This document shows positions 47,851 through 60,307 of a stretch of DNA of 64,000 nucleotides, piece after piece. How positions within the stretch are numbered: the stretch's first letter is position 1; each line of letters begins with the position of its first letter. The notes under the pieces are model-generated. The model did not search any database. It saw only the letters and a list, made by a program, of their open reading frames with translations, and had not been told where the DNA came from. Origin of the DNA: Felis catus (Eukaryota); the NCBI RefSeq assembly GCF_018350175.1, contig NC_058368.1:198278001-198342000 (forward strand). Reading direction: 5' to 3'. The translations under genes and the position numbers were made by a program.

Positions 47851-48133
47851 CCTACAAAACATATAAAACACAGGGCCTCTGGACCGAGGGACCCCAGGTA
47901 TAGCTGAAAGTAAAGGAACTTTACTGAAAAATGGGGGGTAAATAGAAGCTCGAATCTTAAAATTTGAAACCCATTTCCCTATCACGCTATCCCCTCCAGC
48001 CTTCTTTCCTCCACTTGGCTTTCAAAACTCAGGCAAGTAAGCACATAGCTAGAAGGCAGTTCCTAAACATGAACAGATACCCAAGAATCACCAGACATTT
48101 CAGGAAAGTGTTGAACGTGAAAGAGAACAAATG

Positions 48134-48520
48134 ATGTTGAGAGAGAATTCTGCATGAGTCTGTCACATTTCTGGATGTTTCTCAAGCACAGGCCCTGTGG
48201 GTTTTGCTACAGGCTGTCTTTTCAAAGATGTGTGTGTGGCAAACAGCCTTGAAAGACAGAGATAATGTCTCCCTCCCAGGCAGAGGTCATGTTTTTTTGT
48301 TGTCGTTGTCCAGTGTCCCATCTTATTCCCAAGCAAAAGTCACAAAGACTTACTATTCGGAATAAAGGACAAGGGCTCCCTAAGCTTGCTGTTCCTCTCC
48401 CATAACACAACCTACCATGCATGCAGGCGTCACCCGGCCTTCTTTGTGTTGCCCGGTGGGAAATTACGCTCAGGGAACTGGTGTGAATGTTGATACTCAG
48501 TCATGGTTGTTTCAGTGTAG
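48134..48520 (+). mobile_element. MER76-like ERVL LTR
   Basis: tgttgagagagaattctgcatg..tcttttcaaagatg..aacagccttgaaagacagagataatgtctccctcc. Confidence 0.65.
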
Positions 48521-49330
48521 GTTAAAGGACAACAGAGCATTCCCTTTAAAATTCCAAGAGATCTCTATTCAGCCAAGCTCTCAATTTAGTGTGAGGGTAG
48601 AATAAAAATATTTTCAAACATGTGAAGTCTCAAAAAGAGAGGAGTAAATAAACCCCAGGACCATGGGGAAGAGAGATTCTCAAGATGACAGTTATGTACT
48701 TGGGGTAGAGAGAACATGTCAGCATGTTCCACGCAGAGAAGGTGTCTTCAAATGGTTGCAACTGATGGAATATCTGATATATTTGAAAATATTTAGAGAA
48801 CATTTCAACTATTCGGGGGAGGTTTGGGGGCTAAATTAATGATTAGGATATAGAAAACTAAGCAAATGATAAAACTAGGCAATCACTAACTTCACGGAAA
48901 GTTTAAAAAATAAATGGGCAGGAAAAGTAAGAGAATACAGCCTGTTTCAGTGATAAAAACAGTGTTTACATAGTTGTAATCATGTATATACTGATTACTG
49001 ATAGATTCTACAGGAGGATATAACTATTTTTAGAGAATAAAAGGATAGGAATTGTGCTTGGGGCAGTGGGGTAATGCTATGAAGAAATGTTAAATCGTGA
49101 TTCTTTTTTAGTTTTAGCCATTGTGAAGAAGTAACGATACACTACTCAGAGATACGAAAGTAAATATCAAAAGAAAGAGTCAAAATTGTTGCACATCATT
49201 GCCCCTGGGGAGCTAGAATGGCCTGGGCATGCAGAAGACTTGCGGTTTTGATAATTAGCCTTGTGGACTATTTAACTAATACTATGTGCCTGTATGGCTT
49301 CCATAGAATAAATACTAAACAACGATAACA
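48520..49330 (+). mobile_element. Ancient L1ME/HAL1-like fragments
   Basis: ctattcagccaagctctcaatttagtgtgagggtagaataaaaatattttcaaacatg; A-rich L1-like strand bias. Confidence 0.45.
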
Positions 49331-49731
49331 ACAAAAAGAAGTTGCAATGTGATCTTAAATTGTGTATTGCCCCTTTTCTGCTCCCAGGGCTGATACGCAG
49401 AGGGCATAAAAAGGGTGAGCATCTACAGGGAGCCTAATGGGTTTATGGAAGCTTCCCCAACAACCTCAGGGCAGCAGCAGCAATAGCCCGGCAAAGGAGT
49501 CTCGTCAAAGTGGCACCGTGGCTATGAATAAAGCATTCAGGACATTCACCTTCCAGGAGGGTCCCACAAGGACGGCTGAGGGAGGAACACAAGGAAGGGC
49601 TTTGTCTGAGTAAAGGGAACAGTTCACTGGCAGGAATTGCCCTGAGATTGACTCCTCGTTGCCCTAGGTCCCAAGATCCTGGGAAAGAAAACGTCAACCT
49701 ACTTTCTCTTCTCAACTTTTAAATGCCAGGG

Positions 49732-50118
49732 TGCTATGATTGGAATTTTAGTGCCCCTCCCCCAAATTTATATGTTGAAACTTAAGCCCCCAGGGTGATG
49801 ATGCTAGGAGTTGGAACCATGGGAGGTGATGAGGTCATAAGAGCAGAGCCTTCATTAATAGGATTAGTGCCCTTATAAAAGAAACCCATAAGGTTTCCCT
49901 TTCCCCTTCTGCTGTGTGAGGTTACAGCTAAAAATACCCCCCAAAAAACAAAAACAAAAACAGCCATCTAGGAAGCAGGCTCTCACCAGGCATCAAATGC
50001 CCTGGCACCTAGATCTTGGACTTTGCAGCTTCCAGAACTGTGAGAAATAAATGAGTGTTGTTTATAAGTCACTCAGCTTCAGGTATTTTTGTTACAGAAG
50101 CCTGAACAGACTAAGACA
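49732..50118 (+). mobile_element. MLT1A/MST-type solo LTR
   Basis: tgctatgattggaat..aaatttatatgttgaaac..gatcttggactt..ccagaactgtgagaaataaat..gactaagaca. Confidence 0.9.
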
Positions 50119-50764
50119 CGGGTGTTTATAATCATGAATGGAAACGAAGTTGTGTGGGTATAAATAATTGGTGCTATGGGACCTTGGCTTTGTTCCCCAG
50201 CATGTGAGTGGTTATCTCAGGGAGAAGTCCCACCAGATGCTTAGCAAACAGAATGCTTTGTCCTAGATCCTGATGTAGCTTCTGTTACCATCAGTTTACA
50301 ATGGATAGGGGAGGGAAGAGGGAGACAAATCATCACAAAGCCAGTTGGCTTAAGATCAGGGCCATGTAGGCGCTCCTAATAATGTGCTCCTAATAATGCG
50401 CTCCTAATAACACTATTGGCACTGAGGAGCAAAACCTCATCCCTTGTGGCATGGCTGAGGTGGACTTAGAGGCAAATGCAAGGTTTCTACAGGCAAAAAA
50501 TGGTGGGAAAATGTCATTCCAGCCAGAAGAAAAAGCTCGAAAAAGGTACTGGAATTTGGAAAGACAAAATTCAACTCGGGTGCCAATTATGTGCCCTTGT
50601 CTATATCAGCCTCACATGGTACTAAGGACCACTTCCCCCTTCTGTAAATATGCCCAGGGTCACAGGTCAGTCTATGGCAAAGTCAAGTTTCAAGCCCAGG
50701 TCTGTCTAATGCAAAACCTGTGCTTTCCCCACCATTCTGTGATGCTTCCTAAGTAGATATAAGA

Positions 50765-51370
50765 AAGTACAAGCCTATTCAGGAAATAGTTCTGGGTTTC
50801 CCCCACGTCAGACTGGGCAAAACTAATTCCAGGAAATTTTGATAACGGAATGGGGACAAGAGACAGGGAAGGAGAGAGAACTAGTGAAGGGTTCATTATT
50901 AAACAAGTTGCTATTGAAGGTAATAAAACTGAATCCTGCTGGGAAAGTCTGGGATCGAGTGCAGAAGCAGAGCTCCAGCTCTTCTGTTCAGAAAAAGTTT
51001 ATCAATCTGAGTGAAGAATTGCTCCATTTCTTGCGAGTATGTGGGGAAAATCAAAGACTGACATTGCTACAGAACATTTAAAACTACCTCATTGTTCATG
51101 AAGGACAGCTGCTGAATATCAGCAGGTTTCCACCTGCCCTTGACCCCTGGTCTGAGGGTGCATAGAGGTAGCGCTTGCCGGGAGACAGAGACTGGATCGC
51201 TGGCATGGGCCAGCCTCCCTGAACTGCCAAGACCAAGGAAGAGGCAGCAAGGGGCAGGCACCAGATCAAGGCAGGGCTGTCTCCGTTTGCCCTGCAATCA
51301 TACATTTCCCCCAAGTTGTGGACCTGGAAGAGGGGAACACAGGAGATGATATTTACAGGGACACCTCTGT
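50765..51370 (-). mobile_element. Possible LTR33-like ERVL LTR
   Basis: agacagggaagg..aagggttcattattaaacaagttgctatt..tgaatcctgctgggaaagtctggga; highly diverged. Confidence 0.4.
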
Positions 51371-51489
51371 AAATATCAGGGATAGAATAACGAATGGACT
51401 TGGAGGGGGACAGGATCTCCATGGGGGTATTTGACCTTATTACGTCACCTCCCAACAGACAATAAACTCAGGGACCTCTGATGAACTGC

Positions 51490-51736
51490 AGGTCCAAAAC
51501 CCCCTTTCCACAATTCAGAAACCCTAAAATTCTAAAACCTGATTTGCTTTCATAAATTTGTGACAAACTCATTTAGCATCAAAACCTGACCTTCCTGTAA
51601 GTTCATTCATAGTCTTCCCCTTTTACCCCACTTTGGGTGAATATCTATTCATTTTCTCCAGAAAAAAAAAATGTGCTATTCTCAATTCCAAAATACATGT
51701 GACTTCCAGGATATTGTATAAAAGATTGTGGATCTG
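51490..51736. mobile_element. MER46C-like TcMar-Tigger MITE
   Basis: TIR-like caggtccaaaaccc / gattgtggatctg; aaactcatttagcatcaaaacctgacct. Confidence 0.65.
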
Positions 51737-52219
51737 GAGTTAAAAAATGGTCCCTTGCCTCTTTGGTTGAGCTCATCACCCCATCTCCATCAGAGAGAGT
51801 TAATTCTACCTGTGGGCACCTGTGCAGGGCCCAGAGAGTAAGTGACACAGAATGCTTGTAGGAACTGGAGCATGAGTACCTTTCCTGAGTCCCATGACTA
51901 GGAATGCTCAAGCCTCTGATGGTGTAGGTTGGCTCCAGAGAGGAGAGCGTGCTGCCATCAGGCGGGTAACCCCTGCCCTAGGTGCAAGCTTGAATTTGCA
52001 GAGCGTCAGAGCCCGATGAACTTCCCATTGGTTCTTTTTGTTTGAAAGGTACTTCCTCCCCAGAACGGCACAAGATGGATCCAGAAACTCCCCTATTACA
52101 TTCATTTAACCAATATTGTTTTCCATCCCAAACCAACTCAAACAAATGAGAAGGTAGCAGAAGGGGGAAAGTGTTTGCAGCATGATTAATCTGGTGAATT
52201 AATGATCTTTGGGAACTAA

Positions 52220-52450
52220 ATGACCTGAGATTAGATCCCAGATCTGCCATTCTCTAGCTCTGTGACCTTGCCATTCTCTAGCTCTGTGACCTTAGGCAAG
52301 TCGCTCAACCTCTCTAAGCCTTAGTTTTTGCACCTGCAAACTAGGTCGAATAATACCTCCTAGGTTTGGTGTGAGGGTTAAAAGAGAAAACGTGTAAAGC
52401 TTCTAAAAGAGTGCCTAGCTCTTAAGTGCTTTCTTGGTGTTAGCCTTTAC
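52220..52450 (+). mobile_element. MIR SINE with internal 24-bp duplication
   Basis: tgtgaccttaggcaagtcgctcaacctctctaagccttagtttt..ctgcaaa. Confidence 0.8.
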
Positions 52451-52489
52451 TGTTTTTTTAAGAATTCTTTAAAATCCTAAGAAGCACAT

Positions 52490-53560
52490 CAATATTCTGG
52501 TAGAGAAAATAAGCAAAGGATAGTGTAAGCAATTTAGGAAGGAGGAATAAACAACGGCCAAAACATCTGTGAAGGAAAGTTTGGCCTCACTGGTATTCAA
52601 AGAAATGCAAAATTGAAACAAACTTTTTTTTTTACTTTTCCCCTATCAAATTGGCACACATTAAAAATATCTTGCTGTAGTAAAACCCCATCATAATGCT
52701 GTCAGTGGGTCCCCCAAAATTTAACTGTGTAAAATACAAGGGTCACGTGATTATGAGGGTAATGAAAAGACTCCCATGATTCTGCTGCAGAGGACCGATC
52801 CCAAATTGCCATATTGCAGGATTTTACCAAATCTGCTCTTGAGGAAGAGTCAGCTTCTTGCCTGCTGATGACTTGGGAATAGATGCAACTTTTCTGAAGG
52901 GCAGTTGGCATTGTGTGCCAATGGCCTTCAAAAGTTTCTTAACTCAGGACCGGTGACTCTACAACCAATAGTTCGTTCTTAAGGAGATCAAAAGTTCACA
53001 CAAAGATTCAGGATTCAGGATATTAACCCTAGAATTATTTAAGAGCCAAAAGTTCACAATAACCTAAATGTCTAAAAGTAGGATCTCATTTAAATGAATA
53101 ACAGCGCACTTATTAAAGTCTCAGACTCTCAAATACAGAGAACAAACAGAGAGTTAATGGTGGGTGGGGGAGAGGGGAAAATGGGTGATGGGCATTGAGG
53201 AGGGCATTTGTTGGGATGAGCACTGGGTGTTGTATGGAAGCCAATTTGATAATAAATTATATTTAAAAAATAGAAGAAATTAAAGTCTCAGAGAGTGTTC
53301 AAAATTTATGTTTTTAATGAGTATTTAGTGGCATGGGTAAATGTCATTAAGCAAAATCAGGATACTATATATACTTACATATGCATATCTCTGCATATAT
53401 TAATATAAATATAAAGTTGCAATCTGTGTTCACGTGTGTGTGTGTTTGTATTTGTGTGTGAAAGTGATTAACTTTAAGTAGCGAGATTATTGGGGTTTTT
53501 ATACCCTTCCTTATGCTTTTTTCTTAAGTTCTAAGTTTTCTTCAATAAATTATATTATTT
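52490..53560 (+). mobile_element. L1ME-type 3' region
   Basis: cctcactggtattcaaagaaatgcaaaatt, cctatcaaattggca, caactttt ctgaagggcagttggca, acaataacctaaatgtc. Confidence 0.65.
53126..53278 (+). mobile_element. Felid L1 extreme 3' end (5'-truncated)
   Basis: tgggtgatgggcattgaggagggc..ttgggatgagcactgggtgttgtatgg; perfect 14-bp TSD attaaagtctcaga (53112-25 / 53279-92). Confidence 0.92.
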
Positions 53561-54199
53561 TTACAATCTGCAACAAAATTGCTATGGATCAAACAACAAA
53601 AACAAAATATTTATTCAGTGCCTTCTGTGGGGCGTTGTGGCAGGTGCAGCTCAGCAAAGATGCTATCGTTTCATTAGTGAGAAACCAGGAACCCCATTTC
53701 TCAAGAGGCACTAATTTATTTTTTTCCAGTAAATGTCAATAATGTGCCACCAGGACTTCTCTTTTCCACTCAGACTACCGCCTCTCCATCACTTAGGCCC
53801 ATCACTTCCTGCCTATGAACAGGAAGTAGCTTTGGAGAAGCTACTGAATTTCTGAGCCACATTTCCTACCTGTGAGATGCAGAGGATAACACCTACTTCA
53901 CATGGGTGGTGTTAGATTCATCCCGGGCAAGACAGAAAATACTTGGCAGACCATTGGGCCTCCAGTAGATGTTTCAGTGCCCACGTCTTCTCTAAGTGTG
54001 CTTCTCGCTGTGGCCTTTATATGATTAAACACGTATAATAATGATCTGTCACCACTGAACGTTTTTGGAACTTCTTTCTTGAATGTCTTTTGGTTCGTTA
54101 ACAGGCAGCCGTGCCTTGGAGGATGATGGCACCAACAGCCGTTTCACCTCCTTCTGGAGAAGAGCTCTTCCAACTTGTTGATTGCAAGGCTCACTAAGA

Positions 54200-54428
54200 A
54201 TATGTCTGGCCTTGTGATCTGTTCACATCTATATCTACATAGCTAAAACAAAAGTTGTATGAAATACTATTTTACCTTTACTACAATGTGATGCATTCGG
54301 GTATCTTCTATTTTATTACACTCTATTTCTTGTTTTAAAAATACTAACCCCAGCCCACTAAAGTGATCTCACCATCCATAAATGGGTGATGAACTACACT
54401 TTGATTTTTTTTTTGAACTACACTTTGA
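54200..54428. mobile_element. MER119-like hAT fragment
   Basis: cactaaagtgatctcaccatccataaatgggt..tttga resembles the recalled MER119 end. Confidence 0.45.
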
Positions 54429-57400
54429 ACTACCCAGTGCCAAATGTAAAAACCACTTCAACCACGGTAAGTGCACTTGCAATGCCCATTCCTGGGCCTT
54501 AACCTCAGCGGGCTGGCATGGGGACAGGGAATCTGCATTTTCACAAATTCTCCAAGAGATCCCGCCGGTTGTTGGAGGATCCCACCTGAGGAACTCTGTT
54601 CCAGAACCTTGGTGTACTATAGCCTCTGTAAATCTAGAAGTGACAGTTCTGTTCTCCCATTTCACCTATGATGTAGGTTCAGTCTTAGGTGCACATAACA
54701 CAAGATATGGCAGCAAGAGTTTGGGGGAGGCCTCTGCCCTTTCTGTTGGCAAGCTGGGTCCTGAAGGCATTTGGCTTTTACGCCACTGTGTAGGCAAGGC
54801 TGGTATCTTGGTGCGAAGGGCAAGGGAAAGGGTACCCATTTTGCTAGTGCTGATGAGAGCAGGTGTGACATAAGCTGAGCACCTGAAGCCCTTGGAGCAG
54901 CTTCCTGATCAGTGGTGATGTGGTTTGGGAGCCAGTATTCTCCCAGTCTTAACAAAAGTAGATGTGTGCTCCCTCAGAGGCCTCGTTCCAGGGTACAGTT
55001 TTAGGACTCATTCTTGAAAGCGCAACCTGAGGTTGTTCTCCAACATCCATTTCACACACCCTTACTGAATGACTTCTTGCATGAACTAACTTTTAGCTAA
55101 TTGGTGTGACTTTTAAAGCTGTTTCTTTATATCATTTTAACACTTGTCTCTTATTATGGTCAAATGGAGATTTCCAATATTCTATTTTCTCTAAATCCCA
55201 GGGAATGGGTCACATTCTGTTTCTACAGTAGAGTAGATCAGGAACTGAATGTCACAGACACCAGACTTCTCAGTTTGTTCACAAAACAATGCATTTAGCA
55301 TTGGGGAGAGAGTGAGGGTACTTGAACTTTGCATCCTCTATCCCTGAGGCAAGTAAAAGGGGTTTGAGATTTAATGGTATTTGCTTCAAGTGATTAAGTC
55401 ATAGTCCATCTATCATTTCATGGTCAACTGAAAGAAAAAAGAAGAAAGTATGATAACTTTTGCATTTTTAAAAGGAAAGGAAGAACAATCTGATCACAAG
55501 ATTCCCCATTCTCTGTGTATATGTTTCTAACCAGGATTCCATCTACTGATTCATCCCTCCATTCATTTGTTCATTCATTCAATAAACTTTTCTTGATCAC
55601 CTATTGCCATCCAGCCAATGTGCTAGGAGCTGAGGAAACAACGAATAAGATCCATTGCTCACTCAAATCAAATAGGAATGATCGTTACCCACAACAAACA
55701 TGTATCACGTCAGAGGTGCTGGAATGAGGCGGGCACTTCAGGGCCATATAATAAGGCATTAGCATGGCAGGGTCCTTGTCCTCCAAATGTTCAGTCTCCT
55801 CAAGGAGACAGCCATGCACATAAAAGGCGAAGTAACATTATGCAATGCTAAGTGTCAGTTGAGTTATCCCGGAGACAGGGACATCACTCTTGGTCTGGGC
55901 AGGTGGGGAAGCTGTAACAGTGGCATAATTGTGGCCAAAGCTAATAATAACTCTCTTATAAACCACAGCATTGCAAGGAAGACAGGGTAATTTCTTTGAG
56001 AGAACAAACTCTTTTTGGTTTAAATTGACCTCATGGAAATAAATCTGGCACTTAAAGAGTTGCGGGTTTCATTTATGTCATCAGGGTTCATGTGTGGGTG
56101 ACCAGTTCCTAAAATAAGGAACTTATCTGTCCAGGTTGCAGTCATCTTGAATGGGAGAGATGAAAGTTCGTTTATTCTTTTGAAAATTATTCGACACTAA
56201 TTGTGCTTGGCACTTCTTAAATAAGGAAAATTACCCTCAACTGGATGGGTTAGATTACGTTGTTATCTATGAGAGGCTTTTCTCATATAATTATTAGGTG
56301 CTAGCTCTATAATTACCAGGAGGACCTGAATTTTCTCCCTATTGCTGAATAACTGCTGCTTCTGTATTGGAAAGAAAATACTTCTCTTTTTTTTTTAATT
56401 TCTCATCCCCAAATAAGTTATCAAAAGCTAACCCCCATTTCATAAATCAAAAGGAATGTAAAGATGAAAATGTCATTGATGATGTGGGCATGTCTATAGC
56501 TTTATTTCAAAAGGTTTGGGTATCATATCCTGTTAGTTTTAGAGAAATACAAAACCTTATATTTATGTGGTTACATTCTAGATGGAAAATCATATCCAGG
56601 CTTAGTGAGAGTTTTACATTTTATTTAAGTTCTTAGAACCATGCAGAGCTAATGCATGACTCTATTTGACTCAGTTTCAACTAACAAAATGAATTTGCAA
56701 GTTTGAGATGCTGAATAACATGCCTCCTTATCTCTCTTGAATCCTTATAAAGAATACCACAGGGTTTAACCATAGGTAAGAAACACCAGAGATTTTTTTT
56801 TTCCCCTTCCAATAAGAATAACCTTTTAAAAACCCAACAAACAAACGAACACCCCACAAAAACCTGAGTGAAATTAATTTTTTAACCTCATTTTAATTAA
56901 AATATCTAGGAGTGAACAAGATATTGAGGACTAAATCTGTAAAACTCTAGAAGGCAAAATCTCAGGGAGGTAAACTTGAGCACACAAACCTAGTTTGACT
57001 AGAACAGCAATTATCAACCTGAAGAAACATGCAAAACTGAGGTTTCGTTTTGGTGAAAAGGACGCAAAAGGAAAAAGTCAAAGTATGGAGCCCACCCATG
57101 GTAGGGAGGCCCACTTCCTCTCCCAATATATTATAATGGGATCCAAAGGCCTATATCCTCAGGCGAATGGAAAGCCAAAAGTAAACCAGCTCTCGTGTAG
57201 ATTTGCAGCCCAGGTTTGCATCACCTGGATGGCCAAAGGAATCACAGTGTTGAATTTGGACTAAGCAGGTCCCTAACGTCCCAGGAATAGATTGAAATAT
57301 TGTTCCCTAGAGAAAAATTCTATCATCTCATACATCACTCATTTCTAAATTATTTTTCAAGTCAATGACCAGCACCCAACAAATATGACCGGTCGTATAA

Positions 57401-57848
57401 ACAAGGCAACCTGAATGAGAACAAGCGGAAATAACAGACAATAGAACCAGGCCACAAAGACTTGAAATATTACAATTATAAAACGCATACTATAAAATAT
57501 CTCTGTTTCTTATGTTTAGAAAAAATATACACAGATCTCTAGGGAATGAGAAACTACAAAAAGGCCAAGAGCACTGCCAGATTTTTTGTCAAAACATACA
57601 AACAACACACAAAATGCCTTCAAACAGCTCTGAACACATTCTGGCAGTGCTGTACCTTCAGAGTGAGAAGGGTGCACAAATTGTCCCACTTACGAGCCTG
57701 GAGAGCCCAGCTGAAAAGTGACAGGACACGGTCTGTGAAAGATGAGCACCTCCCCCCTCTGCCTTGGGTCTTAAGTTGTCCCCTAGGAATAGGTTATCTA
57801 CCACTCCTTTAAAAAAAAAATGTGGACTTGGATAAGAATATTAATATA

Positions 57849-58057
57849 TTTTTTTAATGTTTATTTATTTTTGAGACAGAGAGAGACAAAGCATGAACGG
57901 GGGAGGGTCAGAGAGAGAGGGAGACACAGAATCTGAAACAGGCTCCAGGCTCTGAGCGGTCAGCACAGAGCCCGACGTGGGGCTCGAACTCACGGACCGC
58001 GAGATTGTGACCTGGCTGAAGTCGGACGCTTAACCGACTGCGCCACCCAGGCGCCCC
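57849..58057 (-). mobile_element. SINEC_Fc
   Basis: Near-consensus sequence; TSD agaatattaatat (57835-47 / 58058-70). Confidence 0.97.
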
Positions 58058-58299
58058 AGAATATTAATATGTTTTTTATCACAATTCAGGTACTCCAAGA
58101 ATATCCACTAGCAGCGCTAGATAAGCAGAAGATTGGTCTTTGTGAAGAAATATCTTGCCAAGTGTGAAGGGAAAAAAGAAACTTATCTGAGTGCCTTCTT
58201 CTTCCTGTATGTGCTGCAAAAAATGAGAAACAAATCCTACTAGCTTTCATAGCAATAATCCTTTACCTTAACTCCTTCCGTTCCAAAACACTCAAAAGG

Positions 58300-58740
58300 G
58301 TAGGCACTGTGATACACCTCTCAGATCTCTCTTCGAGAACAAAAGACTTATTCTTACAGGAAGTACTTCAGACAAACTGCCTTTGACTGTCCGCCCCCGC
58401 AGGGATTGCCTCAACTAAAGAGAATCCCCCATGCCAAAGGCCTTGTCTTCTTCCTGGGAAGCCCATATCCAGTGACTCGTCAACAAGGGTATTGAGTGTG
58501 TTCTCTTCTCTCCTGCAGTGGGGCCCTTCTGAAGACGATCCCATCTTCAGAACTCACTACAGGGATGATTGTGTCATCCATTGAGATACCCAGCATCGAA
58601 GTTCAACTGCTCCCTGCGCCCAATCCTGGTGTCTTCCCTTTTCTTCTACAGGTGTCAATTCTAAGATTATTTCTTCAGAAACCTCCTACACACTAATCTC
58701 TGTGTTCAAGTTTGGTACCCAGGGGACCCAGCCTGTGGCA
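58300..58740 (+). mobile_element. LTR16C-like ERVL solo LTR
   Basis: gcccatatccagtgactcgtc, gttcaactgctccctgcgcccaatcctg, acaggtgt, aaacctcctacacactaatctc, ggggacccagcctgtggca. Confidence 0.75.
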
Positions 58741-59423
58741 CTGAATGCTCATTGATTTGAACCTTGTACCTTATTTGGGGTTCAAACATTTCTTCTTCAG
58801 AGGAGCTGTCATTGTAAGAACTTTATCTAAGCGACAGGAAGGATCTTCTACTCTTTCTGCCAATCTGGACAATGTTCAGGAAATTTCTTGGAAATCACTT
58901 TGCAAGAAGCATCGTGGTTTAGTATGTGTCCTACCAAACTCATGTCTCAGTTCTTCTCATATTTGACAATGACTTCAGGGAAACCGCAAAGTCCTGATTC
59001 TTAGAAGCAGAAGCTAGTGCCTGTTCCTAAGCTAAGCAGCCAGTGCCCATTCCTAGCTAAGAACATGGAATTGATTCAAGATATTTGCATTTTTAGTTTT
59101 CTAAAGAAACCAGGCTTTCACTCTTAGTGAGTGAGCCTCTCTATTGCCAGTAGTATCTGCAGCTGGTTGGAAACTGTAGAAAGGGCTCTAAAATAGGCAC
59201 ATGGCAGGCAAGCTGTCAGTCATCTTGTGGAGACGCCTGGCTCTGGTGACCCCTGGGGGAACTGCTGTCTGATCCGGTTGTTTTGATCAAAATCACTGAC
59301 TATGGGAGTTGGTAGAAACAAAGTTTCATTTCATCTTACTCCACCCACTCCATCCTCCAAATAACCAAAAACAAAATGTCATTAAGTTATTCTGTATTTG
59401 AAGACAAGCACACGCCCCTAGCA

Positions 59424-59700
59424 TTTTTTTCCCAACTTGATTGAGGTGTAATTGACAAATAAAAGTATAAGATCCTAAAGGTTACATCCCAACGATCTGA
59501 TATATGTGTACATTGCGAGAGGATACCCCCATCAAGCTCATTAACTCATCCATCACTTTACCCATTTAGCTTTTGTATGTGCACATGCGAACATTTAAGT
59601 TCTGTTCTCTCAGCAAATTTCAAATATACAATAGAGTTTTTATCAACTGCAGTCACCGTGTTAGGCATTAGATTCTCAGACCTTATTCGTCTTATGACTT
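59424..59700 (-). mobile_element. L1MA9-like 3' end
   Basis: ttgaggtgtaattgacaaataaaa..atcaagctcattaactcatccatcac..ctctcagcaaatttcaaatatacaata. Confidence 0.85.
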
Positions 59701-59731
59701 TGTCAGGACTGTAGCACTTTGAGGTTAATAT

Positions 59732-60307
59732 TGATGCAGCCTGGCTGGGTCTGAGAACCCAGAAAGGGGTTCTTGCCAAACCAGCCAAGAGGTTCCTTGG
59801 CTTCAAGAAGGATAGAAATCAAACTCAAGCTGAGAGGAAGTAAGAGCAGAGCCAATTGAGGACATAGTGAGAATGTAGATATGGACGGAATATCCAGGAG
59901 ACCCTCAAAGGCAAAAAGAGTGAGTCTCGATCTCCGCTTGGAGCCTGGGGTTTTTCTTGAGGACAGTAGTCTCGTGCGTATGTTTTCTCAGTAATCCAGG
60001 AACAAAGATGAGTGTTCAGATGTTCTCCATAAATCACTTATGCCCTGGAGTAAGGGTTCGTGATGAGTCAGGGGTCTTGGAAAACGTTTCTGATGACCCT
60101 GCCCAGTCACTCCTTCGATGTCCTGCGCTGTGCTGAAAGACTCCAAAGAAATCATTAAATCCTTGACATTCACAAGGAGGACATGCTTTGTCTGGTCTAT
60201 AAGGCGTGTGTAATGCGGGTGTGTAGGTCCTAGCAAAAACAGAAGCAGGAAAAGGAGCTAAAGGCAGTTTTTCATGGGGTCCCTTTAGATTCCCTGACTC
60301 CGTATCG
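59732..60307 (-). mobile_element. ERV1-class solo LTR (family not assigned)
   Basis: tgatgcag...ccgtatc termini; ccaagaggttccttggcttc..aggatagaaatcaa typical of antisense ERV1 U5. Confidence 0.6.
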
